From Perna viridis (lineage: Eukaryota), in contig CM074513.1 in NCBI GenBank assembly GCA_037379345.1, positions 51,191,195 to 51,255,194 on the forward strand: a stretch of 64,000 bases of DNA. Reading direction: 5' to 3'. The position numbers and the translations under genes were made by a program. Of the stretch, positions 63,308-64,000 are shown one piece after another (the stretch's first letter is position 1; the number at the start of each line of letters is the position of its first letter). The notes below the pieces were generated by a model, which saw nothing but the letters and a program-made list of their open reading frames with translations, was not told the origin of the DNA and ran no database searches.

Positions 63308-64000
63308 CAGGGCTCACGCTACTGGGCGATTCAGGCAAAATAGTTGCCCTGGAGTTGCTGACGGTCTTCACAGTTAACTTTTTCAGACAGAAGCTATTTG
63401 GACTTCCAAAGTTACAAAAATTGGAAGTCTTAATAATTTGTCAGTGGCCCGAAAAAATTTTAAAATTATATGAAAATTTTTTTTTTTAAAAGTCCTAAAT
63501 CATCTGAATCTATGTCTAGTAATAAGAATATCCTGTTATAATGAAATTCCATAACAACTAACACTCATTCAATTCTTACTATTTAGATATGTCTAAGAAC
63601 CCAAAAATAAACAGAACACTACAACACCCCAAAATTTTTGGAAGTCCATCGGGCTTCCTAAGTGCATAATTTTAGGGGCTCAAGGCAGATTTTAGAGGCC
63701 TTGGCCACCGGGCAATTGGCTAAATTCAAAGACTGTACTCACTTTGCCTTCAGATGAAACCAAAAGCGAAGTAAAGTTGCCCTCTCCTTTTCTGACATTG
63801 CCCATGATCAGGACTGAACTCCATCTTTTAGCAGTATTTTGACCAGAGTTATCTCTCTTCCAATAACAATACAATGAAAATGGCGCCCGTTTGAGAAAAT
63901 AAATCAGTTGTAAAAATCTTCGGTTACGAAGAATTTTTTTAATCAGTTTTTTGTTTCAAACTTTTAAGACAGGATACAGGATGAACATCCTTCACTCCAG
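63308..64000. mobile_element. Second copy of the 26881 hAT-like element (runs off the window), with a nested ~375-bp element at 63362-63735
   Basis: Starts cagggctcacgctact; 63736-64000 aligns to ~26930-27200; the insert is bounded by cggtcttc / aaagactg. Confidence 0.7.

Overview
AT-rich eukaryotic genomic DNA. The repeat families and abundant TACATGTA suggest a bivalve mollusc (inference). Most of the window (1-56434, minus strand) is the 5' part of a KDM3/JMJD1-family H3K9 demethylase gene, JMJD1C-like. I reconstructed nine coding exons by hand: all have GT-AG junctions and compatible phases, and together give 2706 nt = 902 codons. Five of these exons are too short for the ORF track, and the last runs off the left edge. 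The zinc-finger and JmjC domains would lie beyond that edge. Introns and upstream DNA hold non-autonomous DNA transposons (Helentron/HINE-like, hAT-like with apparent 6-bp TSDs, a TTAA-flanked MITE and a TA-flanked MITE), a hAT transposase remnant, several minisatellites and a near-perfect 520-bp direct repeat. I found no prokaryotic-type system such as CRISPR, and I cannot support a demonstrated novel system. The best leads are: a Tondu/VGLL-like VxxHF (TEAD-binding) motif in the demethylase; a candidate poison exon beside a TGACGTGG/AP-1 cluster in intron 6; a perfect AGGTCA DR2 just upstream of the start codon; and inverted TE copies flanking a phase-symmetric exon.
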